Below are positions 44,901 to 58,498 of a stretch of DNA of 64,000 nt, piece after piece. Each line of letters starts with the position of its first letter. Position 1 is the first letter of the stretch. Below the pieces are notes generated by a model that made no database searches, was not told where the DNA came from, and saw nothing but the letters and a program-made list of their open reading frames with translations. Position numbers and translations under genes: made by a program. The DNA comes from Daphnia carinata (Eukaryota), in the NCBI RefSeq assembly GCF_022539665.2, contig NC_081331.1:3286001-3350000 (forward strand). Direction: 5' to 3'.

Positions 44901-46962
44901 TGTTTAAAGTGGTATTCCCAATGCGTGCAACGTGACCAATGAAAGCGACTGAAAGTCGCTGCAACCATAGGTGCCATAACGGAGCCTTGAAGTGCTTCAT
45001 CGTGGCAATCATTCCCAGCTGATACGTCTCCGTCATGAGAGAATCCTAACCTGAGAATCACAAACAATCAAGCAATTAGAATAAGTTGGTCTGGCGTTTT
45101 GTGTGATAGCCCTTGAAAGACTTACACGTGTCCCACTTCGTGAGCAATAATGAAGGCCGATGTGAGACCTTCGTCTCGACTGTGTTTAAAAATAAACGCA
45201 TTAAAGCACTACTTTAAAATAAAAAAGAAATCATTGAAAGTCGTAAATATAGAAAGGAAAACACTTGAGAGAGCAGCTACGATCTGGATCACAAACTCCT
45301 GCAACAGGAGCATAGCCCGAAGGTCCACCCAAATCATAACGGGTAAGCCAGACAGCTATATCGTGAGGCCATTCAGAGGCAGCGTTTCTCAGAAGCCCAG
45401 CATTCCAAGCGTTCACGTTTTCCAATGACCGTTTGGAATTCCCCTCTCGAACCTAAAGAATGAAGATGCTCAAACGCTGATTCATTCAAATCTGTTGAAT
45501 GTTACCTGCCCTTGTTTTCTGTCTTCATAGAATATTAATCTCGACACGACCAGACGCAAATTAGCCTCTAGTGAAGAGTCTTCATAAATTGCACTGACCT
45601 GCAATTGCACAAAGAGTAATTTATGAGATCCAAAACACTCACTAAACATGCACCTTACGATATTCAAAAGTGTCAAAACATATTGTTGAACTCTTTGTTT
45701 GCCATGAAATTTGATGACCGTGTGATCAACAGCCAGTGCTAATTCCAGAAACTTGGCCGAATCCTCACCCAAGGTCGTTTTTGCTACGGGTTTTTTCCGT
45801 TTGACTGCTTGTGATTCACCTAATGACGATTGTAAAAAAAATGCGTTGAAAAGAGTACCAAGCTAGAAAAGATATTAGAAGCAAACCTTCCCACAACTTG
45901 TCAACCGAAAAGCCATCAATATCGAGTGTGTTTTCAGGTTCCAAAGTTGTACGATTACTTGAAGGGCTTTCTTCGGCCTCCTCCAGTGATTTTGCTTCCG
46001 TCACCACTGGTGACAGGTGGACGTCGTAATCCTCGATTTCAGAGTACATGTCTGAGATCACTACGTCGTCGTCAATCGAGTTACTTATTTCATTCTCTTC
46101 GTCAATTTCATCGTCGACACTTTGACTGTATTCCTCTAGTTCTTCGAAATGGACGGTATCGACAACTTCATTGCCCTCTTCGTCGTAGTCGACTTGATTT
46201 GAAAGGATATTACGTTTGTGTCTACGACCGACACCAAAATCCTGGTCGTTTTGCAATACAATTTGGCCAGAATTATTGGCAAGCGTCCATGGATAAATGA
46301 CATGAGTTAGATTCGGATAGGTTGGATTGCCCTGAACGGGTTCCAGCAGCATAGTTTGGTTATTGGTGCGTATAAATCCTGATAGACCTTGGCAGATACC
46401 CAGCGAGACGATGGAGTCGGTTTCATTCTCTACGGCACCCGTATACCTTTATACATGCAATTCGATATACATTAGAAGGAAACAAAACAAAATGTTACGA
46501 TCAGACATCGAAACAGATCGTACCAGCAATTGTCTGTATCGATACCACGGGTGAGAGTGCGTTCTCCGTTTTCAGCCACCCATTCGACAATCGTATTGGG
46601 CGTAACGGGGTGGCTTTTGCGTCGTAAATTTAGATTCCAAACAGAGTGGGGCAATGCATCAAGAGATATCCGTATGGATTCCTGACTAGTCGAAAGTTCC
46701 GAATTTCTTTTACGTCGATGTACATAGCTGTTGGATATTGTCTGATGCGTGTCCCATCTCCAAGGACTCTTTGTTTCACCTCGCACTAAAAAGGCTTGAA
46801 CAGGCAATTGTTCAGTCGACTGTACCATTTTCTGAATTTTCGTCATAGGGAAACAAGATCGAGTTCTGTAATTTTCCAATCCAATGGCACTTATAAACTT
46901 ACCTGCTGAATAACTAACACCGCAATAAACAGCACTATACTAGTTTTATAGAAGCAAATCAT
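41905..46962 (-). CDS. ADAMTS metalloprotease, ADAMTS2/3/14 (procollagen N-proteinase)-like
   Basis: Signal peptide, prodomain with furin sites (RRKR, RHKR), zinc motif AHEVGHVLGFSHD across an intron, [18 protein letters not shown], disintegrin-like, TSP1 ([11 protein letters not shown]), spacer and C-terminal PLAC (CCHSCS) domains. Confidence 0.92.
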
Positions 46963-47458
46963 TTTGTTGCGTTCTACTGGTCTTCGGACCTTGAGGATAA
47001 CTGCAAGTTTTTGGTTCAGAGGGGGAAGACGTCAGGCCGTCCCTATGTAAACAAACTGTGAACTTGATGAAGAGGCCATCTGTTTAGTTTCCCGTTTTTA
47101 GGATGAGGTAATGGAAGATCCTGGAACTAGAATGGTCGGCGAGAAATGATTCACAGATCTTAAAGCCAGTGCGATACGCGGTCGCATGTATTCAACAAGT
47201 GTCAAAACAAATTTTTTCGAGTAGACCAGCCAATAAAAACCGAAGAGAAAACCAAAACGCGTTGCATCACGCCGTGAAATTCTACGTCAATGCTTTTGAT
47301 GAAGATTATGTTTATAATGCATTTATAATCTCCCGCAACTACATCCCGATGCAGTGGCGGAGAACGGTTTTAAAACAAAAGAAAAATTGTGCATGAACTA
47401 AAAGTATTTTTTGTTAATAACCCTCCCCTTTTCAGGTTATGGATTTGTGCAAGATGTT

Positions 47459-49488
47459 TTAACGTTTCAGCCATTGGGCCCAGCTATTTTGAACATGTGC
47501 TAGCTTTCCGCTACTTTGCCTCATTTCGTTGAGCGCATCGCTGACAGAGAGTCCAGAGTGTTGTGTCGATGTTTGGTTAACCGAGCTACTAGCCAACCAA
47601 ACATTGCCGCAATTTGAGGCCGAGGTCGTCATTATCCCGTCCATAGAGTTGACTCCGGTTTCCGAAGCGTCCGGGTTGAGATTTTGATATTTGAACAAAC
47701 AATTGGCGAAATCTTTTGATGTACGTGCTCCAGCCAATGACTCCGGATGCAACCACTTACGATAATCCTCTTCGGAGAAAACAGATGGAAATTCAGGAAT
47801 CTTATTCGAAGCAGGTTTGGTCATGCAAGCTAAGGAATCGGGGTGAAGCCAAAGGGTGTAGTCATCGTCAGAGAACAGCGAAAGTTGTGGAATATTGTTG
47901 TTTGCCAAAGGAGTTGCCAACGGACTGGCTGTATGTAGCCAAAGGCGATAATCATTTGTTTTATTTTCTTGCTTTTCTTTTTCTTCACGATTTTTTTGTG
48001 CCACATCGTGACAGTTGATTTCGCAGATGCATGCGTCATAGGAACCGCACACGGAGTTGGCACGACATGCCTGTGGGAAAACAAGAATACTAACAACGTT
48101 CCTTTAAAAGAATATATATTTTTTGTACCTTAGCGATTGGAATGTCACGGGTTTCTTTTGGTTCCAAAATCAACCAGCGTTGCTTGTCGGTTTTTAGACA
48201 GGAGCTAAAGTTGTCTGCCAAGTTTTCAATTTCAAAATCCCCCAACACTTGATGACATGCAGTGCCGCTTTCACCGTGCTATTTTAAAACAAGAGAAAAA
48301 TGTACATATTATACATAATAAGTATTTCTTAAGTGGGAGAATACTAAATGTTTGCTTACGCCGTTGGCGAACTTGAGGCACATGTTAGAAATTGACACTA
48401 TTTCAATGCTATCGGAGTCTCTACTGTTCAAAGAGGCAGTATCAGCTAGTGTAACTAACTCGGGGGAAGATTCAGATACGTTATCCATAGGCTCAGGGGC
48501 AGTTTCGGATTGCAAACAACCCAGCCAAGTTTGAACGTCGCATGGTTTATAGCTATCTGTACCCTACATATCAAAATTTTAATTTACGGCCGGATTTGAA
48601 TTAATATGTCACAAGTAGTCAATTACTTTACGATATGGTCCATAACCAGAATCTAGTTTCTCTTCTTGTTGTGCTGGGCGAGACAGCCAATACGAATAAT
48701 CTTTGGGTAGCTTAGGAAATTTAATGTCTATTATATTTGAATGCAAGGGTTTATTTAAAACCTGATGTTCCTCTTCAAAATATTCTTCCACCCTTTTATA
48801 TTAAAAAAAAAAACAAAAAAACAATGATATTATAATACCTGTTCAGTTATAGAATCTTATAACTATACCTGCTTGGAAGACAACTAGATTGCTCCGAATT
48901 CGGTAACAAGAGAACCCCATCCATGTCTACATTACCAAAGTTTGCAATTGCTTTGCTTAAAGCGTTTTCATCCAGGGTCCAGTTTAAAGGGATGGACGTC
49001 GCCCACTTTTTCATCCTGGGAAAACCTGCTTTTAGCTGCATAAACTAAAACGTAATTCTAGTTCTACTTACTCTTCGAATTCTCTATTATCGATCGCCAA
49101 ATCACAGCTATATTTGTGCAATTGTTCTGACCACTTTCTAGATGTTTCCAGAGCCCCAAGGAAGCGATAGCAATAAGCTAGTTGCTTCTGAAGCAACTCA
49201 CCTCTGGAACGGAAAATGACATCCACCTGCACAGAAACTTCATGAAGCAAATGTTGAAAGCTGTTTAACTGTGAATCTTACTTGTCTCAGAAGTTGGGTT
49301 TCACGGCTATGGAGATGAGAAAGCTGCCTTCCAAAGGTCTGAGATATTTCCGTTTTGGCTTGTTGTGATTCTTCATTCAGTTGTTGGATTCTGCTGAGAA
49401 CTCCAGAAAGGGCACTTTCAATATGCTCTAGTGCTTTGGCCAGTTCAACGGTTTCTGATTTTCCTTGGCTAGTAACTGACTGTGCCAT
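47459..49488 (-). CDS. NCOA4: Nuclear receptor coactivator 4 (ARA70) homologue, ferritinophagy receptor-like
   Basis: N-terminal coiled coil ISQTFGRQLSHLHSRETQLLRQVDVIF and Cys motif CRANSVCGSYDACICEINC, comparable to vertebrate CRANEPCTSFAECVCDENC; several W-L motifs. A non-coding first exon has its donor at ~49864. Confidence 0.85.
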
Positions 49489-50282
49489 TTTAGGGATTAT
49501 GGCTGATTTACAGAAAACCTACTCAAATCAACCAGCAGAACACCTAGAAAAAAAATTGGATAACAGCTGTAGCCCATACATTAAATATTGTAAAATTATT
49601 TCCATGAACTTATTTACAATCCTCCCAGTTAATGAATAAACACAATATCATTGATCTACTATCATATCAAGAAATTCATTGAGATTAGAAACTGCCTATT
49701 GTTATGTAAGTTTGTAAAACAATACAAGAAAAGGAAGTAGGTCGACATTAAAAATTCTCATGTAGGATAGAAAACCAAAGATAAAAGAATTAAGATAAAA
49801 TAGGTAATCTGATAAGATATTCTTCATGCTTATATTTAACGAAACCAATTCAGAAACTACTTACAAGGAAAATATCTTAGCAATATCTTGCGATATTGAT
49901 AAGCAAGTGTTTTCAGTCACGTACCACTGAGATAAATAAAGCCTCAGAAGACAAGTAGATGGCGACACGTATCATGTGTTGCTAGACGCAACGGAACATG
50001 GGTAGGCTTAAGCTCGAGAGAGGACCGATTGGCAGACAAGAATTAAGAAAAAAAGAGTTAAAGTACGCTAGCTATCATCACCTATTCCGTTACTATAAAG
50101 TTACTAGGGCGTTGCCAAATGCAAAAAAAAAATTTTAATAATACTACAACAAAAATTCGAACTTGTGAAATCAGCATAACAGCCGTGAACTATGCATAGC
50201 GCCATCCTTCTCATGCAATTCTTATGTAATGTACATAGGCTGACTCTTTAAATCGGTAACACCCAAAATTTGCTTGGGATGT

Positions 50283-50354
50283 GCGGTCCTGGCACAATCG
50301 TTATCGCCGTCGCTTTGTATTCTGTAGTCCCGGGTTCAAATCCCGCCACCTGCA
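50283..50354 (+). pseudogene. Degenerate tRNA-like sequence (tRNA pseudogene or tRNA-derived SINE head)
   Basis: A-box-like TGGCACAATCG and a T-arm/B-box CGGGTTCAAATCCCG at tRNA spacing; acceptor and anticodon stems pair poorly. Confidence 0.5.
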
Positions 50355-50667
50355 GTTTCCAAGCCCTCCCTTCCCTCCTTGCTCGCCTCCCACCACCCTA
50401 TCTTCCCTTCCACATCATCATTCAAGATTCGCAAGATTCTTCATCTCATCGGCTTACGCAACATTCAGTATCTTCATCACAACGGATTCACAAGATTCTT
50501 CTACTTGCTTCAAGAAAGATGAAAGAAGGGCCATGCCTACTATAAAATGAACAAATGGCAATTTTTTGTATGTCTTCAAAAATAGTGGACGCAAATACTG
50601 TGTTGCTAATCGATTTATTTAGCAGGAAAGGAAGCGTTGGTTCTTAACAATTGGTCAGTAATGAGAT

Positions 50668-52503
50668 TCAAGCCTTTTCATTTGACACCCAAGAACTCAG
50701 ATGGCTTTCAATAACGTTTCTTGCTGACGTAAGTTCGGGAGAGTCTTTGGGTGACGGCGGATACATATCAGCACAATGAGCGGTGCCTATATAAAAACAA
50801 AAATATGCATTGTACACTCAACCATGAAGATAGGATGAAGAATAAACAGACACATTTTTTTCATGCAAATTTTCATGATTACCTTGAATAAAGATGGCTA
50901 CATTTCCCGTTGTGTTGCTAGTGATCCCTAAAGCAGACCAAGGATCCACAGAACCATTAGGAAAAACAGTTCGATCTAGTTTCAAACCCAGTCCACCGTA
51001 AATGAAATTGGTTCGAGCGATGGCGTTTTTGAGAAGGTTATGACTGAATTTCGGTCCAAATATATCACTGCACTGTCGGATAGAAAATTCGATGGGAAAT
51101 CGTTTCCCAAATGGTTGATCTGCAAGGTCTGATGATTGGTAATAACCAAATTCGGTGCAGGTTTGGTAAGTCCACTGGCGACCTAAGGTAATAGTTTTTA
51201 TCAAGAGTAGTGAACTTACAAGCTACAGGAAAATATAAAAGATGTTAATTATGAATCAAACCATTACCTCCTTCAGAAGCTGAGCTGTTCCAATCGGTAG
51301 AACGCATGTCTTTAAGCATTTTATTGTACTTAAAGTCGAGGCATTTCTCCCCTGTAGCCTCCAATAACATGGTATTGACTGCTGCATAACGTGCAAGTGG
51401 AGAACCGAGTTTAGGATCAGTCATCGTATCACAAAGGACGTCCATCGTAATATTTGCCCCTTTGGAATCCCGATTGTCTTTATTGTATTGGACAACACCT
51501 TCAAAATTACCAGCCAATGTTTCAAATAAGTTTGCGACATCCAGCTTGTTTGTGATATCGATCGGATCACACAAGCTGAAAAGTTTCTCCAATGTTTGAC
51601 AACAACGGGTTGACTGAATTTCGTCCTCGAGGGCAGTGGTTGCTTGCTCAATAGCGCCAGTGCATTGCGAGCTTTGTTGTGTGGTCTGCAATGCCTTAGT
51701 TACAACACCCAGATATTCTATTTAATTTTTTGGGATATTATAAATGTGCTATTCTAAAATTTTAAAGTATCTTACCTTTGAAATTTATTTTTGCAAAGAG
51801 AGGTGCACTAGATGCAACAGCACCATAAGCAAGATGGGGATATTTTAATCGGAACCAAGCTGCTAATGAACCTGGGTAAGAACCACCAAATACAATCCAT
51901 TTGTTATGATGCAGCTTCATTTCTTCCTTTTTCCCTTCTATAAAATAGGCCAAATCTGCAAGAGCTTGTTCACTGCTCAAGTATTTAAGATTTTTGGTGC
52001 TCATGTTCCTACAAGGTAAGGGTTAACATATAAAGCAAAATAAAATTATGTCCCAACAAACATACTTTGTTGGATGGCTTTTTCCATAGTATCGATGCTC
52101 AAGCTGAAAACATAGGGCATTAAACTTCCCAGCCCATTCTATCCACATGCCCTGTCTCATCCATTTTGGAGTAGCCTCCCCCTCACCTCCAATCATAAGA
52201 AAAACAGGTCCATCTCCTCCAAAGAAGGTGTCATTGGTATGGTATCTCTAATAAGGCATATACAAGCTTATTAAAATAAATGCGAAATCCCTAAATCAAT
52301 TTAATTACCTGTTTCCATGTTATCGCGTTAACAACGTCAAAGTGGTCGAGTTTTTGTTCGAACCACTGATCAGTTGGAAAATGGGAATGATTCGCTTGTT
52401 CGACTCTTCGCTGAATCCATTTTCCTCGCCAAAAATGTTTCCATGACACCGCATCATTAACTGTAAGTAAAATGGTTAGGACTATACAAGTAATTCGACA
52501 CAT
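50668..52503 (-). CDS. Peptidase family S28 serine protease (PRSS16/K12H4.7-like), secreted or lysosomal
   Basis: Signal peptide, [30 protein letters not shown], catalytic [28 protein letters not shown] and AHCADMY. Confidence 0.93.
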
Positions 52504-54667
52504 CTCTTCAGAATTTTTTTTTTCACTTCAATTGCAGAAGGCGGAATTTCCGATAATAACAAACCGAGATAACAAGATCGGACGAAACCTTTTAAAAAGC
52601 TGTTTCTACTAATCACACCAGATGACTCTGTTTTCCTAGGCTGCCTTGAATTCCAAGGCCCTTGATGTCAAATATGCAATTTTTGAGGACAGAAAACCAT
52701 TTAAATGAAAAACACTCAGGTATTAAAAAAAACATAAACAACTATAATTAATGATTATCCAAACAGGTATGAATAAAAGTATCTTTCACTAATATTTAAA
52801 AATAGTAACTGGCAACCTTTTGTGTCTGCAATGTGAGGCTTAGTTTCAAAACTACGCCTGAATCTCCATGTAAATTTTATTGCAAGGTCAGCTGTGTGAT
52901 GAAAACTTTCAAATGTGTCAGCCGATTGAGGACACCGAGATTTCAGGTAGGATTGGCTAGATAGTGCAACGAAAGTTGTCGTGTACAAGACTATGCTTGT
53001 CGTGTTTGAACTCCCAACGGTAGATGGTATCGCTCGTTGAAGGTCGAATACCGTGCAAATGGATATTTTTACTCGCATGCGCTGTGGAATGGCAGTCCGT
53101 TCACTACGTTTTCAGCTGCGTACTAAACGGGTTCTGTCCTGTTTCTCAGCACTAACACCGTGGCTGGTCACGGTGCAAACAAAGCTATGCTACATGCCCT
53201 TGCTTGATCTTCATTCGCTGAAATTCGGTTGCTTCGTTAACATTTAAACGCCCTCATAAAACAAGAAAACTGTTCAGGAGCGTCGTACAAAACTGCTTGC
53301 ATAAAGCCAAGTTTTTCTTCGTCAGAGAACACTGCAATTTTCAAGGTACAGAAAGTATTTCTTTATTATGGTTTCTTTTCCGTTTGTTTTGTGGGTTATG
53401 CAAGTATTCCGTATGTGGGACACCGTGTGGGACATTGGAACAAGATCGCTATTTTCCATGCCGTACCTTTCTAAAGATAAGGCGGCTGTACAATTTACTT
53501 AAATAGAACCAGCCTTTCGTTTTGGGCAGGATATGAGAGTACTGCGTCTAAACAACGAGACCCAGCTTTAAAAATTTGACGTAGGGCTTTATTCACTGTC
53601 TCCTAATATCTTAAATGTGGAATTACATTTTGGAAAAAAACAAATAACATTTCTTTCTTTTTTTTCTTTGTAGAATTTTCGATTAACACTACTTAGCACA
53701 TCCTGTAGTTTTTGTATACGCTTCTATCTCTCGTTTTTCTTGTACCATACTGCTGTATCCCGCCAATTTTCATGCATTAGACTTGCGGATCGATACACCG
53801 TCTAGCGAACAGCTGTGACCCCGTTTCCTTTAGGTCAGCCATCAAAGGATTTTGCTCGTTAGTGGTTTCTCCCGTACTGATAGTTAGTTTACTTCCTAAC
53901 TGTACGTGAATCCTGCTGTCATCTTCTTCCTCCCCTAATTGTTGGGCCACTAAATTAACTACTTGAACGACAGCTATCGTTTCCCCACAATTTTTGGTGC
54001 TGATTTTTGGGGGAAGTAGTGATAAAAATAGGCTTCAATTGACCCATCAAGCAACAAAATATTGGGATAGCAGGAGCTTGCACGGTAAATTGATCCAAAA
54101 TCCGAATCCTAACCCAAAAACTTCTAATTTATTTTGAAGTTTTCCTAAGAAAGTGGTTATGTCAACTGACCTCCTTGAGGCGTGTGACGTAATGGGCTTT
54201 AGCACAAGGTTATCTGAAAAAGCGACTGCTAGTCTAGAAAGCAGACGCATGCTGGCTAGCTGATTCACGCTGTTCGTTTTTCTCTTGAAATGGTTCACTT
54301 TATTTACCACAAATAGATTAGATTATTGTTATTTCGTATACAAAGCAAAAAAGTAGCTAACATCACGACCGCCTAGTTAGAAAGTTCTTGTCGAAATTTC
54401 ACGCTTTCGAGAACGAACTTGATGCTTGCAAGCGGTTGGATGGCTGTCTAGGACAACAACCCCGAATAGAAAAACAAATAATTCTGAAACGCTAAAAACC
54501 AGTAGATCGAATTTCTCCATTACAAGAAATTTTTGAAAGGAAGAAAGCGTTTATTTCGTATGTTTTAGCAGAACTATGGGTTCTGTTCTCAAACTTCTCA
54601 GTCGCAGTGGAGGCTTCGATCGTTACAGAAGTGCAAAATACATTTATCTTGTTTGATCATAGGCAAC

Positions 54668-57609
54668 ATGGCACCTACGGCGGCACATTTGCCTGGAGAG
54701 AAAACCCTTACCATTTTACATTTTAACGACGTGTACAATATTGAATCGGTCGACAAGGAACCCGTGGGGGGAGCTGCTCGTTTCAGCACGGCACTCAAGT
54801 CGTTTTCTCACCTGCATCCACTGATTTTATTTAGCGGCGATGTATTTGCCCCTTCATTCAGTGAGTAAATTTAATTTTTTTTAACAACAAAAAAAAATAT
54901 GTTTTAATACTAATTCTTTTTTTTTTTTCGTTTATTTATTTACTTTTTTTGCATAGTGAGCACGTTCACCAAAGGTAAGAACGATAGTTTTTCTTATTGC
55001 GCAAATCGTTGTGTCTAGCCAATGAAAATTTATTTTAATTTGAATGTTATAATTATTAATTTGGACAGGGGAGCAAATGGTCCCGGTCTTGAACGCCTGC
55101 GGAATCCAATGTGCAGTCTACGGAAACCATGATTTTGGTAAGATATCCTAGTTTTATCAATAAACTTTGCAGTCAATGTTTTGTGCAAAGCTTTATGGCT
55201 ATGGTATTCACATTACTATTCCTAAATCAAATGCTAAAGCATGTGCAGTAATAATAAAATGTGAATAAAGTAAAATATGTGCAAATAAATCCGATAGCAC
55301 TAATCGGCTTGTTTAAATTCTTTCTAGATTTCGGCATTGATGTGCTAATGCAAAGGGCTCAAGCAACTACATTTCCTTGGCTAATGTCCAACGTGATCGA
55401 CAACGAGACACGACGTCCTCTGGTATCATGAATGTAAATTTTTATTTGTCATTCAGCGATGAATAGATCTTTTTTATCTTAAATATTTCAGGCAGACGGA
55501 AAAGTTAGCCTAGTTATTGACTGGCACGGGATACGCATCGGACTGGTATAAAAAAAAATGTATGTCATCATCCCTAGCTAGGGTATTGATAGGTCGTTTC
55601 TTAGATTGGACTCGTCGAGAAAGAATGGCTGGACACTCTCGCGGCTGTTGATCCCGAGCATGTAACCTATACCGATTACGCCGAATGTGGCCGTTTACGT
55701 AAAGCTGTGAAAATTTCCCATTTATGATATTGATTAAACATCACGTCATTCTGGTTACTTTGCAGTTGCACGTAACTTGAAGGACATCCAAGGATGCAAG
55801 ATCGTTATCGCCCTAACTCACATGCGAACACCGAATGACATTAGATTGGCGAAGGAAGTCGACGAGATCGATTTAATTCTCGGTGGTCACGATCACGTCT
55901 CCGAGTTTATAGAGGTGACTGCCGTTAAAAGAAGGCTCCGATATAGTTTTATTAAATGGAGTATTGAAATGAAACGCACAGGTTGAAAATCGATGCATCA
56001 TCAAAAGTGGAACGGATTTCCGCCAATTTTCGGAGGTTACGATGCGTTTCCTAGGCGAGGAAGATAAGCCATTAATTGGCGTAAGACTAGTGGACGTCAC
56101 ATCGGAATACGATGAGGACGTTGAACTCAAACTAGCTCTTGATAGCTTTACAAGTAAGTACTGTATCAAATCACTTTCAACTTTTTGAAAGTTTAATGGT
56201 GTTCTTTTTTAGGTGTGATTGGAGAGAAAATGGAAGAAGTGTTAGGAGAATTTAGCGTTCCACTTGACGGCCTTTTTTCTTCTATTCGCACCTCTGAAAC
56301 AAACTTAGGAAATTTTATCTGTGATGTTATGGTAAAGAAATCGAGTCGTTTTTGTACTTTATTGGTAATTAGCGTTAATATTATTGAATGTTCCATAGGT
56401 GGCAGCGACCGACTCAGATCTGGCTTTACTCAATTCGGGAACTCTGCGCTCTGACAGAATTCATCCACCAGGTCCATTCAAAATACGGGATTTGAGTCAA
56501 ATTCTCCCAATGTTGGATCCCCTTATCGTAGTTGAAATTTCCGGTGAGAAAAAACAAACAAATAAAACAAAAAAACACAACAAAAGGCAAAGAACTTTTG
56601 CCTTTTGTCTGTATGTTCTAAATGTAAAAATGCTTCGTTAATGAAGGTGAGGATTTACTCGCCGCACTGGAGAACGGGGTTTGTATGTACCCAAAGCTAG
56701 AGGGCCGTTTTCTACAAGTAGGCGGAATGAGTTTTGCGTTTGATCCCACTAAACCACCTCTCCAGCGTGTAGACCCACGATTTGTTCGTGTAGGTGATCA
56801 GTATTTGAACCTACAGACTAAATACCGGATGGTTACTAAAGCATACATGATGGCCGGAAAAGATGGCTTCGATGTCTTGAAAAAGTTGAAGATATTGGTT
56901 AGTCACTCTACTTATATACTGTACTATTGTAAGTTTGAAAATCAAAAATAATTATTTCTTTTGAACAAAGGTTGATGAGGAAGACAGCTTACCACTCAAC
57001 TGTGCAGTGCAAAATCATTTCCAAGCTATTCAAAAGCTTTGCTCCAAAACGAAGCGTCCTTCACACCATAGGCAAAGTCTGGTTACTCTTTCACGCAGGT
57101 AATTTTCGATTATCCGTTTCACTAGGAAAATCCATATTTACAGTATTTACGAACTGCACAAAGTGTTAATTTTGCTTTGTCTTCTTTATTTAGCACATTT
57201 GCCTGCATTTCTAATTCTGAATTTTTATGAAAAACAAAACAGACATAGTTTAGCGCGCACAATAGACCACGAGTTACACCCGGAATCAACTGTCTGCGAT
57301 ACATCTATTTCGGAATGTGGATCTTGTCGTCTCCGAAAGGCTAGTACAGTTGAGCCGGCTAACGTGGCTTTGCTATTCGAAGAGAATGTGACTGCAGAAG
57401 CTGTTCAACCTACTACTAAGCAGAGAGCACCTAAACTGCAACGACAATCCAGTATGGAAGAGATGGAGAAAGCTTCTTGCAAACTAATGCCACGCATTGA
57501 AGGTCGGATTGTGATCATCAACGACGAGACGCTGCCCCAGTTATTGAGTGACCGTCAATTATGGGACGTTCATGCTGTGCACACCATACGGGAGTCCAGC
57601 GAAAACTGA
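54668..57609 (+). CDS. 5'-nucleotidase family metallophosphoesterase, copy 1 (no signal peptide seen)
   Basis: TILHFNDVY, SGDVF, GNHDFDFG, ALTHMR, ILGGHDH, RTSETNLGN, NSGTLR and GRFLQVGG across many GT-AG introns. The start codon is tentative. Confidence 0.9.
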
Positions 57610-58498
57610 TGCTTTCTTTATGGCCTTACATTATCAGTAGATCAAATTCGAATATTAGTGTGAATTTACTGTTTCTTTTTAAAAATTTTGACCGTTTAAG
57701 CTACTCGTTACTTTAACTACTTTGAAATTTGCTTTTAATGTCGTTTTCCTTCAACGTTGACGAAAAGTTGTGCAAAGCCAAATTATCTGGCTGGTTCATC
57801 CATATAACCCATATATAACTGTTTAATTTCAGCAATACACCTTCTTTTTCTTTTTTTTTCCCTTTTTTTTTGTCTCAGAGTTTTAAATCTACTTATTTTG
57901 CTATGAACAGCCCATGTTTATGGCTGACCAGCAATGATCCAAACGTGGTGTAATTGGAACTGCCATGGATGAAAATAGCGTGGTATTGATAAAGTTCAAG
58001 TTGTTTACCTTGAGGAATGTGACATACTAGTCATTAGCTATTTGCAATCAAGGTTATTTCAAAAAGCGACTGCTAGTCCAGAAAGCAGACGCATGCTGGG
58101 TGGAGGCTAGCTGACTCGTGGTGTTCAGTTTTCCTTCAAAATGGTTCTTTTTGTTTACCATAAACAGCTTGGATTATTGTTATCTCGTTTGTCTAAAACC
58201 ATGGTAGGTCAAAAGGTTGTTCTAAAATTTAAATTTCGCACTTGAAACTTTTTGTGCCTTGATTTTTGGTGCGCATGATGCTTTCCAAGGTTTAAGGCGA
58301 GGACAAACCCTCCAAAGAGGACATTTAAAATTTTACAATGCTAAAACCAGTTTGCTTATTTCTTTATTTGTCACTAGTTTTTCTAACAAACCGTATGGCA
58401 AGTATTTCAGTTGTGTTCAACTATTTTTCATTCACAGCGAAGGATTCGGTCGTTCAACAAGTGTTAAATTCACCTTCCTTTCTTTGAAATTAGGTGAC

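Noticed and set aside
49920..49935. Iron-responsive element near the NCOA4 5' end (CAGTGG on the minus strand)
   Set aside because: The loop does not fit CAGUGH and no flanking stem forms.
50283..50354. Functional tRNA gene
   Set aside because: Acceptor and anticodon stems do not pair; kept only as a tRNA-like relic.
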